Shown here in pieces: positions 45,201 to 55,113 of a DNA stretch of 64,000 nt (its first letter is position 1; each line of letters starts with the position of its first letter). The notes under the pieces are model-generated. The model had not been told where the DNA came from. It searched no databases and saw nothing but the letters and a program-made list of their open reading frames with translations. Location of the stretch: assembly GCA_905178155.1 (NCBI GenBank), contig CAJINV010000021.1, forward strand, positions 607,530 to 671,529, written 5' to 3'. Source of the DNA: Amoebophrya sp. A120. Its lineage: Eukaryota > Protista > Dinoflagellata. The position numbers and the translations under genes were made by a program.

Positions 45201-48200
45201 GCATCCATTTTATGCATGACAAATTATTTCAACTTTGTCGATTTCAACTCTGACACATCCATATAGAAGGAACAGGCTCCGCGAGAAGGTCGTGGGCTTG
45301 TTCATCAGAAGATTTATTCTTTTCGGAGTTTTCTTCGTCTCCAACCTGAGCCTGTTCATCCGCCTCTGTGGTAGGTTGTGCAGCCGGGGGCAGCTGCTCT
45401 TGTTCGACGTCCAGCTTCTTTGTATCATGTTGACCTTCTTGAACCTCTAGCACTCGTCGTCCTCCCGGCACAACTTCTTCGATCTTCTTGCTTGCCTTTT
45501 CATCAGTACTAGAGGCCGCGCACTTAGTATCTTCATCGACGGCGGATGATCCCTCTACTACTTCGAGTTTACCTTTACTTGTCAGTGCCACTTCTTCGGA
45601 TTCAGTCCTAGCAGGGATATTCTCTTTTTGTTTTACTACGCTTTCCGATTGTTCCACCGCCTGTTGTTCTACCTGTGGCTTATTCGTAACCGCGACGCCC
45701 GGCGCAGTTGCTTTCGCTACCGGAGGACGAGCGCCGAGGCTGTTGGAGCTTGCCGCGCTGGCGTCAATCGTCGCACAAGAAGTCGCAGCCGCTTTATTCG
45801 CCAAAACTCTACTCGCCGCCACTTCCGCTTGCTCCCTACTCACGGCCGCGCCCACGGGAGCGAAGCGCGCTGCCGTGGCGGCCATGGCCTGTTGCTGCTG
45901 AATCTGCAGCGGAGTCGGCATTGTTCCAGGCGCTGGCTGAGAGTTGGCCGGCGGTCCGAACCGGGATCGCTTTTTCTTCGGGCCGGCGACAACCGGCTCC
46001 TCTTGTGCTTCTTGTTCTTGGCCAGCACCGGAGGTTGTTGTGCTAGGAGGATCTTGCTTCTTGGAGCCGGCTTCAGTGGTCTTCTCCTCTTGTTGTTCTG
46101 TACCAAGAACGGGACCAGCTTGCAGGACGCCCCCGACCCACTTCGTGGTCGTCGTAGCACCACTGGTGTCCTTCGTTTCATCCTCCACGCCAGCGAGAAC
46201 TGCGCCGGCGGCGCCAGAAGCGGTAGAAGCACTAGGGTCAGCAACAACATCAGAATCGTGTTCCTCCTTTTCAGTATCATCCTGGCGCCGCTTGTTAGTT
46301 GTTTCGGTCACCAGCAACGTCGTGGAGGGAGCAGCTTTGATGTCCACCTGCTCAGCAGCTTGTTTCAACTCGACCACCTTCATCGACACAGCAGCTTCCT
46401 CCTTCTCTACAACTGCATTAGAGGCGGTTCGGGTTGTCATTTCCAACATTTTCTTCACTTCTTCAGGCTCCGCTTTGTCCTCTGCGTTGTGTCCTCCTTC
46501 CAGAGCCTTGACGCCAGCACCCATGATCCGCACAGCACCTGAAAATGTTGAAAGGTACGTCGAAACAAAAAAAGTCAGAAATGTAGTAGGATGAAAAAGA
46601 AAAATGAAAGTCATGATCTGAACCCCACGAGAAGCTCGAGCTCAAAAATCGACGAAAGCACTTTTTTGATTTACCTTTCTCTGTTTCGTACTCGTCGCCA
46701 TCCTCGCCAAGAACTGCAGCCTCGCTCAGCTGCACCGGGCAAGAACTAAGGCCTGAAGTGGCGGCGTCACACAACTCCGTGGTCTTCGAGTCAATCTTCT
46801 GATGATCCAATACAGGAGCTGCCTCGTTGTTCATTTCGAGCACATCTTCGTCTTTCTCGACAATAGAAGGAGCATCAATAACTACTTTCGCAACGCTCTC
46901 GTCTACCTGATCTTTTCGTAATATTTCGCCTTCGCCAGCACCGACAGCATTTACTTCCTTGTTCTCCACCGCCAGGTAGTCGTCGCCTGAAGTGCCGGCT
47001 ACTTCCAATGCATCCTCGAGCTCCATCGAGCTGTTGCTCTTTTCATCTTCCTCGTGTCCGCTTAATTCAGGCGCGGCGAGGTGGTCATCGTTCTCGTCGG
47101 ACCGTAGATTCTCCTCCTCCTCATCATCTCCCCCGCCTTGGCCGCGAAAGGGATTCGATCCTGACGGGGAAGCCTGTTTCGGCAGAGTCATATTATTACC
47201 AGTCGTTTGCTCATCTGGGAGCGCGACGTTTGCGGTGCTGGACGTCGCGGCGCCATTGGTGTTCTCCTGTTGCTGTTGGTGCACTTCCTCCTGCTGCTCT
47301 TCCTCTTGCGGGAGTTCATTTCCGTCAGATTCGTCGTGTTGTTTTCCAGTACTCGCAGGGGATGAAGCAGCCTCATGTTCTTGGCCGTCGACGTCCGGCT
47401 CCTCCAAGACTTGATCTTCGTTTTCAGCGGGTGCGTCGCTCTCGCTACCCTCAGACGAGTCAGACTTCACGCTAGCGGCGTCGGACTCTTGGGAATCAGC
47501 TTGTTGCTGTTCCTGTTCAGACACTACTTCGGCGTTCGAGCTTGTCTCCTGCCGGTCGTTGTCCAAGTTACTTTCATCTTGTTCAGAGACAGAGCCCGAG
47601 GAAGAGGATGAAGCATCTTCCTCCGCAGGACGAACTTCCTCATCTTCATCCGACTTTGCCATCGGATGATCCTCAGCAGGAATAGGAGCAACGTTTTCGC
47701 TTTGTTGATCATCAGCGGCGCCGTCAGCGGGAACTACAGATGCTGGCGGCGCGAAGAAATCGTAATCAGACATCTCTTGCTGGGGTTCTACTTCAACTTC
47801 TTTTCCTTCGGTCGTATTGGCAAGATGAACTACGGGACCTGCAGCTGCAGCTTCTTCCTGGTCTAGCTGTTCAACAGCAGCAGGCGCTTGTGCACGAGGC
47901 GAGTTCTCTTTTTCCTCGACTTCCATCTGCATCTCATCTTTCTCCCCTAATAATTCTCCCCCGTCCGGCACGGAAGCGGCCGCTGCGCCCTCCTGTATCA
48001 AACGAAAAAATCCCCCCGCCCCATATCAAAACGAAATTTCTGATGCTGGATGTGGATAGACAAACCGCCTTTGTCTTGCAGCAGATGACTGCAGGCACAT
48101 GCCGAGCCTGAGGCGCGAGGGTTTGACGTAGGTGCCTAGCATGACAAACGTCTATGCTGTAGGCCCAGCAGCATCACAAACCGCCTACATAGTGCGGCGG

Positions 48201-48898
48201 ACTCTCTAGAGTTGCTCTCTTGCAAGACAAACAGAATCTGTGGTCAAAAAATCTGCATCACAAATTTTCAGGCGCGTGCGTTTTCAATATGGGGAGGGGG
48301 GATTTTTCCTTTCGATATCCTGATACTTCTTCGCAGTAGCCACCTTCAACAACTGCTGACTACTTTTACGCGACGACGTCGAGTGGTCAGCACCAATAGG
48401 ATGATGCTCAGCGTGTAGTAGTTGATGTTTCGGAGTAGGACCACTGGCAGCAGTAGTATCGTCTTTCAGCAGAACCACCTCTGTAGTTGTCGCCGCCGGT
48501 GGGGTGAAATTCGCAGCACCCAAAAATTTCGCAGCAGCCAAATTCGCAGCAGCAACGGGGTCTGTCGGAGTGAACAAGTCTTCAGATTTATTCTGCGCGA
48601 ACGAGTCAGAGTCCGGCTTACTATCGTCCTGTTCCTGTTGTCCACCAACGCCCGGCATGCTCCAGAGGTCTCCGTCGACAGCAACGCGACTGGCACAGTC
48701 CACTGCCGGCGAGCCCCAGGCCATCACCGGAGATGGTTTCTTCTTCTCATCCTGAGCGGCTTTCAACGTCGCGGCGATGTTGTCCGAACCAATCAGGACA
48801 TCGGCGCTCACGCCGGTAGCCTCGGCCGCTTTCTTGGATTCTGTTTTGTTTTCGTTCGATCGTGCGGACGACGTCGTGCCGGGAAGAACGTGATACAA
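36267..48898 (-). CDS. Large multi-exon protein: acidic/disordered N-terminal part, Met/Gln/Asn-rich segment, LRR-like globular domain; may continue upstream past the copia element
   Basis: In-frame joins after element removal, e.g. ...FHEVHC-HNNYLTRKGAIDF...ARDD-WRYHHCTKF-RPLSIDTNRVPIWIRIGDN; 14 TIR elements plus GT-AG introns; terminal exons tentative. Confidence 0.6.
36934..37116. mobile_element. Introner-like TIR element, family A-like, decayed direct repeat
   Basis: TATCCATTGCAAAAGTAT...ATACTTATGCAATGCATA; flanks CGAGA/CAAAA. Confidence 0.75.
38252..38555. mobile_element. Introner-like TIR element, direct repeat no longer recognisable
   Basis: TATGCCATGAAAAAACATGCGATATG...CATAGCGTTTTTCTTCCCATGGGATA; removing element plus 5 nt restores the frame. 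Confidence 0.65.
38624..38930. mobile_element. Introner-like TIR element, family F
   Basis: TATGGAAGTGTCAGGATCGAAATTGACAAAG...CTTTGTCGATTTCAATCCTCACACCCCCATA; repeat TGCTC/TGCTC. Confidence 0.9.
39840..40089. mobile_element. Introner-like TIR element, reverse-orientation relative of 3587-3837
   Basis: TATCAAATGTAAAAATGTCTGGGTCTGGAA...TTCCAGACCCAGACATTTTTACATTTGATA; repeat GAACT/GAACT. Confidence 0.93.
40121..40383. mobile_element. Introner-like TIR element, reverse-orientation relative of 3292-3552
   Basis: TATCAAGTGGCAATATAATGTCTGGGTC...GACCCAGACATTTTTGCATTTGATA; repeat AGTCG/AGTCG. Confidence 0.9.
40477..40633. mobile_element. Introner-like TIR element
   Basis: TATGCAATACAAATTTCC...GGAAATTATTTACTCTGGATA; repeat GCAGT/GCAGT; removal gives EVHC-HNNY. 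Confidence 0.88.
40999..41164. mobile_element. Introner-like TIR element, family A
   Basis: TATGCACTGCAAAAGTATCGCAC...GTGCGGCACTTTTGCAATGCGTA; repeat TGATT/AGGTT; removal gives MRE-IKLNDES. Confidence 0.85.
41468..41719. mobile_element. TIR element nested at the donor of a predicted canonical intron (41351-41724)
   Basis: TATCAAATGTAAAAATGTCTGGG...CCCAGACATTTTTACATTTGATA; repeat CTCAC/CTCAC (GTGAG in gene sense). Confidence 0.88.
41807..42112. mobile_element. Introner-like TIR element, family F-related
   Basis: TATGAAAGCCTCAGGTTGGAAATCCTCAAAGTGGAAATAATTTG...CTGAGGCCTTCATA; repeat GCACT/GCACT. Confidence 0.92.
42208..42472. mobile_element. Introner-like TIR element, TCTGGGTCTGGAA family
   Basis: TATGCATTGCAAAAGTGTCTGGGTCTGGAAG...CTTCCAGACCCAGACTTTTTTACAGTTGATA; repeat TGATG/TGATG. 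Confidence 0.92.
42542..42819. mobile_element. Introner-like TIR element, family E
   Basis: Similar to 2464-2715 (GTTACAATCTCAA...TTGAGATTGT...CACCTGAGCGGGTCATA); repeat CCACA/CCACA. Confidence 0.88.
43419..43722. mobile_element. Introner-like TIR element, family F
   Basis: TATGGGAGTGTCAGGATCGAAAT...ATTTCGATTCTGACACTTCCATA; repeat CATGT/CATGT. Confidence 0.92.
44957..45263. mobile_element. Introner-like TIR element, family F
   Basis: TATGGAAGCGTCAGGTTTGAAATCG...CGATTTCAACTCTGACACATCCATA; repeat TAGAA/TAGAA; removal gives PVPS-TAPSS. Confidence 0.92.
47996..48317. mobile_element. Introner-like TIR element
   Basis: TATCAAACGAAAAAATCCCCCCGCCCCATAT...ATATGGGGAGGGGGGATTTTTCCTTTCGATA; repeat TCCTG/TCCTG; removal gives KKYQ-EGAAA. 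Confidence 0.92.
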
Positions 48899-49010
48899 AA
48901 TATCAAGTGATCATGGACGGCGACACTAAGTACGACATCCAGATCTTGTTGAAGTATGCAAAGTCATTCAAAAAAAAATCAACAACTACAACATATTAAG
49001 TGTTCATATG

Positions 49011-49387
49011 TGTTGGTCATGGAAATCGATCCCGCACACACGTAACACGATCGCCCCAAATGCAGCCTGTTCCATGATGAAAATGACTGAAGGTTCTGAC
49101 TCAAATCGACCCCGTGACATGCTGCTTTGCCAAGGCCTGAGATCCTTAACGAAATAGCTAACTACGAAGCGGATCTAGACCCTGGAATGTGTTGACATCT
49201 GGTGAGAATGATGCGAGAATCTTGATGAGCCTGATTGAACCAAACCTACAGGATGCAACGCAGCAAGAGACTTGCGTCACTTGCTTGCTTACTTGCAATT
49301 GAGAGAATTCATTGAACTGCTTTTGATAACGAGCTCAGTGGAGCATACGTGTGTAAGTGTGTGCGAGTGTTCTCAAGTCCACTAACA
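49011..49387 (+). repeat. 5' LTR (377 bp)
   Basis: TGTTGGTCATGG...CCACTAACA; about 8 substitutions versus the 3' LTR by eye (~98% identity). Confidence 0.95.
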
Positions 49388-49443
49388 CTACGCTACGCCT
49401 TGAGACTCAAACTGGCTCTTCTAGTCAGATAAGTACTCACAAA

Positions 49444-50625
49444 ATGGGCCAAGAGGCAAAGCTGGTTGAGAAGCTGTCCAGTGCGCAGGACTGGCGCATC
49501 TGGCATCGCGGAGTCACGAACGAGGTTTCTCGCCTCGGACTCCAGGAGTATTGGGGTAATCGTCCTGCTGGTAACCCTCCGGGGATTCCGCAGGCGAACA
49601 ATACCGCCAATAACGCGATCCGGGAGAAGTGGCGCGACCTGAAGGATGCCATCTACAAGTCGCGCACCGGGTCCGTGGCCACGTGGGTCAACAGTCAGCA
49701 CTACATCAACGATGACGCTGCGCAATTGTTCGCGCGTATTCGTGACGTTGGTCGCTTCAATGTTGCCTCCCGTGACCAGCAGCACATCAAGACCTCCTCG
49801 ATCGACGCCATGCACTTCGACAACCGCGATGCGCCGAAGGATGCTCCGACGTTCCTGGCCCAGATCCACGAGCTGATGGAGATGGCGCCGAGTGTCTACG
49901 TCCCGGAGCCCGGGCGTCCGGTCGAAGATCGTCACGTGAAGAACATTCTGGACAAGTTGCCCAAGATGTTCGCGTCGGCCTTCCGCCAGACCATCGACCG
50001 CTGCGTGGACGAGTCCGATCACATCACCTTGCAGGAGATCGGGAACCGTCTCGAGAAGAAGCTCGCGCAGTTGGTCAAGGAAGGTTCCTACAAGATCGAG
50101 AGCCCGTCCCTCGGCAAGGCCTTCCCGGTCATCGAGGAGAAGCCGAAGAAGAAAAAGGGAAACAAGCGCCAGAGAGACGACGACGATGAGGAGCCGGACT
50201 CCGCTGATGATGGTCAAAATGCTGCTTCTGGCAAGGTGTTCTCGGCGAAAGCCTTGAAACGCATGAAAGCCAAATTACGCAAGCAGACCGAAGCGAGTGT
50301 CTTGGCTGCCCATGGCCTGCCCCTGAAGTCTAACGCTAAGGGTGGAAGTGGCCAGAAAGGTGGTGGCAAGACTGGTCGGAACCAGAGCACTCCCTACAAC
50401 ACTGTGACCAAACCCAAATGCTGGATCTGTGGCAAGGAAAACCATAAGGCTGACCGTTGCCGCTGGAATCCTAACAATCAAGGGAAAGGTCAGTGGGGTG
50501 GTGCCTGGGGAAACCAGCAGCCGCAGTGGTGTCCGCCGGTGAACCAGAACCAGATGAACAACCAGAATCAAGGGCAGGGAGCCGGTGGAAACAAGGGTGG
50601 TTGGGTCTGGCAAGGTCCAGCCTGA
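49444..50625 (+). CDS. gag: Copia Gag with CCHC zinc knuckle
   Basis: ATG at 49444; CWICGKENHKADRC knuckle; ends in TGA in frame with pol. Confidence 0.9.
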   Translation: MGQEAKLVEKLSSAQDWRIWHRGVTNEVSRLGLQEYWGNRPAGNPPGIPQANNTANNAIREKWRDLKDAIYKSRTGSVATWVNSQHYINDDAAQLFARIRDVGRFNVASRDQQHIKTSSIDAMHFDNRDAPKDAPTFLAQIHELMEMAPSVYVPEPGRPVEDRHVKNILDKLPKMFASAFRQTIDRCVDESDHITLQEIGNRLEKKLAQLVKEGSYKIESPSLGKAFPVIEEKPKKKKGNKRQRDDDDEEPDSADDGQNAASGKVFSAKALKRMKAKLRKQTEASVLAAHGLPLKSNAKGGSGQKGGGKTGRNQSTPYNTVTKPKCWICGKENHKADRCRWNPNNQGKGQWGGAWGNQQPQWCPPVNQNQMNNQNQGQGAGGNKGGWVWQGPA

Positions 50626-53600
50626 CTAAATGAAGGAGATGCTTACGTCTCGGAGTATGGTAGCTGTATGCTGAACTTCGAGAATTTAGAGGAGTTTCAT
50701 ATAGATTCTTCTAGCTGTTTTATTGCACAGACCAAGGACGAAGCGAGCTTGGTCGATTCATGTGCAAACAAGTATTTATCTAGACACGAATCGGATTTTA
50801 TTGACATCTCACGCAACGTCTGTCGCATCAACGGCACGGCCGGGGCTCGTGATGGTTTTGTCGGAAAATTGAAGGAAAACGCTCTAGGTTTACCCTACGG
50901 CGTCTACTTTAAACATCTACCAAGAGACATTGATCGTATTCTTCCGTGGCTCGGTGAGGACAATCTCAGTGATCGTGGGTGGGATCTGAACTACAACAGC
51001 TCTGGCGGTTCTCTCGTCAACAGGGAATCCGGTCAGATGCTACCAATCAAGAACCACGAGAGGCTGACCCTCCCAGTCCTTGGGTGTGATCTTTTCGTGG
51101 TGGGCCTCCGGGGTCAGGCGACTAGTGACACCGCGGAAGACATTGCATGCATTACAATCGAAGAAAGTATCGCTATTTGTCACCTTACGCGTCTAGAACA
51201 ACATAGAAGATTCGGACACTTTCATGTAGATGGTCTTAATGTCCAGTGTCCGGAATGCGACAAAGCGAAAGGCGCAAGAAGCTCTCACGCCAAGGAGCGA
51301 GACACTAGTAATTACAAACCTGAACCATTGAAACTACTAGCGATGGACTTCGCGGTAGGTATTAAACCTGTATCGATTCGGTCACGCACCTGCGTGCTTG
51401 TGGTCATCTGTGATGCCATCAAGAAGTGTTTCTGTGTCCCTCTTAAGCTGAAAAGTGACTGCGTTGAGGTTTTGGAAGAATTGATCAAAGGCATTCGCCA
51501 GACCTACGCTTTGACCCTCGAGGACAAAGTGGTATGGTTCGTCCGTAGGGACAATGAGCCAGTTCTGGGCAGTGACTCCATGACCAAGGTCATGCAATCG
51601 CTGCGGGTCGGTGATGCTCCTACGGTTCCCTACAACCCAGAGCAGAACGGAACCTGCGAACGCTTTATGCGGACCATATTCGGCGCTGTGCGTCCGATGT
51701 TGGTGAACGTGGGCAAGCGTCTGTGGTGCTACTCGGTCGAGTACGCTGCAGCATGCTGGGACCGCCTTCCGCATAAGTATAGCAAAATGCCTGAGTACGA
51801 CGGGAAGACTCCTGCAGAGATTCTAGATGAGAGAACTGGAAGAAACAGTTCAAAAGTTGGCACAAGGATGCTAAGGAGTTTTGGCTGTCTCGTTTATTTT
51901 CGTGAACAAGTCAAGAAAGGCGAAGCTCATGAAGCTCCTGAGGGGGGAGTAAATGTGGTAGCTCCAAAGCTGTCCGCGCCATTTCGTCGTGGTGTATTTC
52001 TCGGCCTTTGTCCAAAGTCTTCGGGCTGGCGGGTTGGGACGTATGTCACGGATGGCCGGTCCGCCGCGGGACATCGATGGATGGAGTATTCTACCATCGA
52101 CGTCAAGTTCCGTGAGGAGTACCTCGTGAAGAATATTGAAGACCTAGCTCCTAACTCGAAAGGCATTTATGTCGAGCGTGACGCAATCGAGGCCCTACCT
52201 AGTGGAGCGTCGTGCGCGCCATCTCTCCCGTGTGTCGGTCTGATAAAAAGGGCTGAGCACCGGCTGGGGGTGGATGTCTCGGAGCACACTGGTAGGCAGA
52301 CTGACGGCCCAGAAGAGACGTTGGTGGTTGAAAGTCTGGATAGGGAAGATGATCCGGGCCAGATACATCCCGAGCCTGAAGGTGTTAAACCTGAGGAGGG
52401 GAATCTGGACGATCACCCCACTCGCAGCAGCTTATCTAGTCCAAGAAAGGCGAGCCCGTCTCCGGCAAGGATTGTGGCTGGCAACCGCAACTCCAAGCCG
52501 CGAGGTCGTGGTCGTCCCAAAGGGAGAAAGGACAAGAAAAAGCGCGTGAGACATACTAAGAAAGAGCTCGCAGAATTGAGAAAAGACGCTAGTGCGTTTG
52601 CCACAGCAATAGCAGCACAGGATGATCGAGAGGAAGGCGAGGAATTCCTTGACGTCCAGTGTTATTTGACTACATCGGCCAAGTTGGATCCTGCTCGTTG
52701 CAAAGACTCAGTCGAATGGAACGCAGCAACCAACAAGGAAGATTGTAGACTTGGAGCCTATAAAGTGTGGGAGCCAGCTACTGACGAGGAGCTAGCGACC
52801 GCAAAACAGGTCTTGCCTATTGCTATCCTTCTTACCGAGAAGCGTGACGGTACGAAGAAAGCGCGGGCAGTAGTTCTCGGTAATCTAGATCGTTCGGGCG
52901 AGCTGGACACTTTCGCTCCTGTTGTGTCCCATGCCGCTAACAGGTTACTTCTAGCCGCTGCAGCCGCAGACGGTGACGATGTGATCCCGTTCGACCTTGA
53001 TAGTGCGTTTCTCAATGCCTTACTTGATCGCGACGGCTTCTGCCGCTTGCCACCCATCTGGGCGAAGAAGCACGGCGTGGAGATCGTCAAGCTCAAGAAA
53101 GCGCTTTACGGCTTGAAAGACGCCCCCAGGCTCTGGTATAAGAAGTATGAGGAAGCACTGACCAAGCTAGGTTGGGAACCCTGTCCCTCTGCGCCAGGTC
53201 TGTGGAAGAAACCGGGCTTGGAACACCCTGGGAAGTTTCTGAAGTTGGCAGTGTATGTCGACGATAATCTTATCACAGGCCCTCCGACTGGGTCCGAGTT
53301 GGCTGGAGAACTTGCGGAGATCTTGCACCACGTCAAGGGGCGCATGATCGACGTCGAGCTTGTTCCGGAGTTTAACTCTGTGCCCAAGAAGTTTGACTTC
53401 CTAGGGTCAATAGTGTACTACAACTGGAATCTACGAACCGTTAGGATCGTGATGTCAGAGTACATATCCAAGATTTGTAAGAAATTCCACGTCTCAGAAG
53501 CGGGCAAGCCGGTCCACTCGCCAAACTTCGATGAGTCTGAACTCGCTAAAGAAGTTGAAGGAGCTAAAGTTATTGAAGGCTTTCCCCTTCGAGAGGTCGT

Positions 53601-54447
53601 TGGCTCTCTGCAGTGGGCTGCAACCACCTGCAGGGTAGACATTGTTGTCCCGGTTGCCACTGTCGCCAGATATGTGGGCAAGCCGGCGACTCGGCCTGTC
53701 GTAAACGCCTGTAAGAAGATTCTGAAGTATCTACTGACAACGAAGGAGCAGGGTCTGTCGTATAGTCCGGAGATTGAGGAAGAATCCAACAGAATCTACA
53801 GCAAGCGACTGCCCGAAGGGAGAGACTTGCCTGATGTGAATCTGTTTTCGGATGCTAGTTTTGCGAACTGTTGCAAGACCATGCGAAGCACTAGTGGTAG
53901 CACTATGCACTTCCGCGGTTTCCCGATCTGTTGGCGTAGCAACCGGCAGACCGTGAGGGCGTACTCCACGGCGGAGGCGGAGTATATAGCTGCTTCCGAC
54001 ACTATTGAGCTGAGCGAGCAGAATGACTTCACAGAGTTCTTCAAACCTCTACCCACTGTCATGGTGGAAAAGCCGAGTGGCTTATCTCCCTCCCTGGGTG
54101 ATGCCATATTGTGGATCGACAACCAGTCCGCGATAACTACAGCTAAGAGCACAGACAACAAACCGAAATCGAGGCGCTACGCACTGCGATATCTCCGCGT
54201 GAGAGACGCAGCGAGCCAGATCATGTTCTGCCCGACCTACCTAATGAAGGCAGACGGTCTCACGAAGCTCGAGCGTAGTGTGCCGCAGAGACGCGGACTC
54301 TTGCACCATATTGATAACCCAGACCCTAAGTCTTTTATTTGTGACTCCTCTGACGATGAGGATGATTTAGACACGTTTATTGAGGGGAATCATAAGAAGG
54401 GCAAGGCTAAAGTAGGCTATACTTATTCGATTTACTTTGGTTTCTAG
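50626..54447 (+). CDS. pol: Copia Pol (protease, integrase, RT, RNase H)
   Basis: LVDSCA protease; HRRFGH..CPEC and MD..DNE..NGTCER integrase; DLDSAFLN, LYGLKDAP, YVDD RT; FSDASFA, TAEAEY, IDNQSA, ADGLTK RNase H; open from the codon after the gag stop. Confidence 0.95.
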   Translation, partial: LNEGDAYVSEYGSCMLNFENLEEFHIDSSSCFIAQTKDEASLVDSCANKYLSRHESDFIDISRNVCRINGTAGARDGFVGKLKENALGLPYGVYFKHLPRDIDRILPWLGEDNLSDRGWDLNYNSSGGSLVNRESGQMLPIKNHERLTLPVLGCDLFVVGLRGQATSDTAEDIACITIEESIAICHLTRLEQHRRFGHFHVDGLNVQCPECDKAKGARSSHAKERDTSNYKPEPLKLLAMDFAVGIKPVSIRSRTCVLVVICDAIKKCFCVPLKLKSDCVEVLEELIKGIRQTYALTLEDKVVWFVRRDNEPVLGSDSMTKVMQSLRVGDAPTVPYNPEQNGTCERFMRTIFGAVRPMLVNVGKRLWCYSVEYAAACWDRLPHKYSKMPEYDGKTPAEILDERTGRNSSKVGTRMLRSFGCLVYFREQVKKGEAHEAPEGGVNVVAPKLSAPFRRGVFLGLCPKSSGWRVGTYVTDGRSAAGHRWMEYSTIDVKFREEYLVKNIEDLAPNSKGIYVERDAIEALPSGASCAPSLPCVGLIKRAEHRLGVDVSEHTGRQTDGPEETLVVESLDREDDPGQIHPEPEGVKPEEGNLDDHPTRSSLSSPRKASPSPARIVAGNRNSKPRGRGRPKGRKDKKKRVRHTKKELAELRKDASAFATAIAAQDDREEGEEFLDVQCYLTTSAKLDPARCKDSVEWNAATNKEDCRLGAYKVWEPATDEELATAKQVLPIAILLTEKRDGTKKARAVVLGNLDRSGELDTFAPVVSHAANRLLLAAAAADGDDVIPFDLDSAFLNALLDRDGFCRLPPIWAKKHGVEIVKLKKALYGLKDAPRLWYKKYEEALTKLGWEPCPSAPGLWKKPGLEHPGKFLKLAVYVDDNLITGPPTGSELAGELAEILHHVKGRMIDVELVPEFNSVPKKFDFLGSIVYYNWNLRTVRIVMSEYISKICKKFHVSEAGKPVHSPNFDESELAKEVEGAKVIEGFPLREVVGSLQWAATTCRVDIVVPVATVARYVGKPATRPVVNACKKILKYLLTTKEQGLSYSPEIEEESNRIYSKRLPEGRDLPDVNLFSDASFANCCKTMRSTSGSTMHFRGFPICWRSNRQTVRAYSTAEAEYIAASDTIELSEQNDFTEFFKPLPTVMVEKPSGLSPSLGDAILWIDNQSAITTAKSTDNKPKSRRYALRYLRVRDAASQIMFCPTYLMKADGLTKLERSVPQRRGLLHHIDNPDPKSFICDSSDDEDDLDTFIEGNHKKGKAKVGYTYSIYFGF

Positions 54448-54521
54448 ATAGGCACAGCGCTCAGGAGGGGAGTGTGGTAGGATTATTCCTGATTAGCACC
54501 GCCGCAGCGATTGAGGAGGGG

Positions 54522-54898
54522 TGTTGGTCATGGAAATCGATCCCGCACACACGTAACACGATCGCCCCAAATGAAGCCTGTTCCATGATGAAAATGACTG
54601 AAGGTTCTGACTCAAATCGACCCCGTGACATGCTGCTTTACCAAGGCCTGAGATCCTTAATGAAGTAGCTAACTACGAAGCGGATCTAGACCCTGGAATG
54701 TGTTGACATCTGGTGAGAATGATGCGAGAATCTTGATGAGCCTGATTGAACCAAACCTACAGGATGTAACGCAGCAAGAGACTTGCGTCACTTGCTTGCT
54801 TCCTTGCAATTGAGAGAATTCACTGAACTGCTGTTGATAACGAGCTCAGTGGAGCATACGTGTGTAAGTGTGTGCGAGTGTTCTCAAGTCCACTAACA
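54522..54898 (+). repeat. 3' LTR (377 bp)
   Basis: Near-identical to 49011-49387. Confidence 0.95.
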
Positions 54899-55113
54899 AT
54901 ATGTAAACTAAACGTGCTTGCTATGCATTTTGATCTATCCGAGACAGACAGAAGGATTGAAATTTGATCATCTTTTCTTTTCTGTTGCATATGGAGCATC
55001 ACCATGTATTTTTTGTGCCGGTCAACTACACACAACGGTGGGTTGGAAACACAAAAAAGGGTGTTGCGATATGCTGTTCGTAGTTCTACATTGTTGTCAT
55101 GACGTTCTTTTAC

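Larger units (their letters stand above)
49011..54898 (+). mobile_element. Intact Ty1/copia LTR retrotransposon
   Basis: TG...CA LTRs, TSD ATATG (49006-49010 and 54899-54903), PPT GAGGAGGGG before the 3' LTR, domain order PR-IN-RT-RH. Confidence 0.97.
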
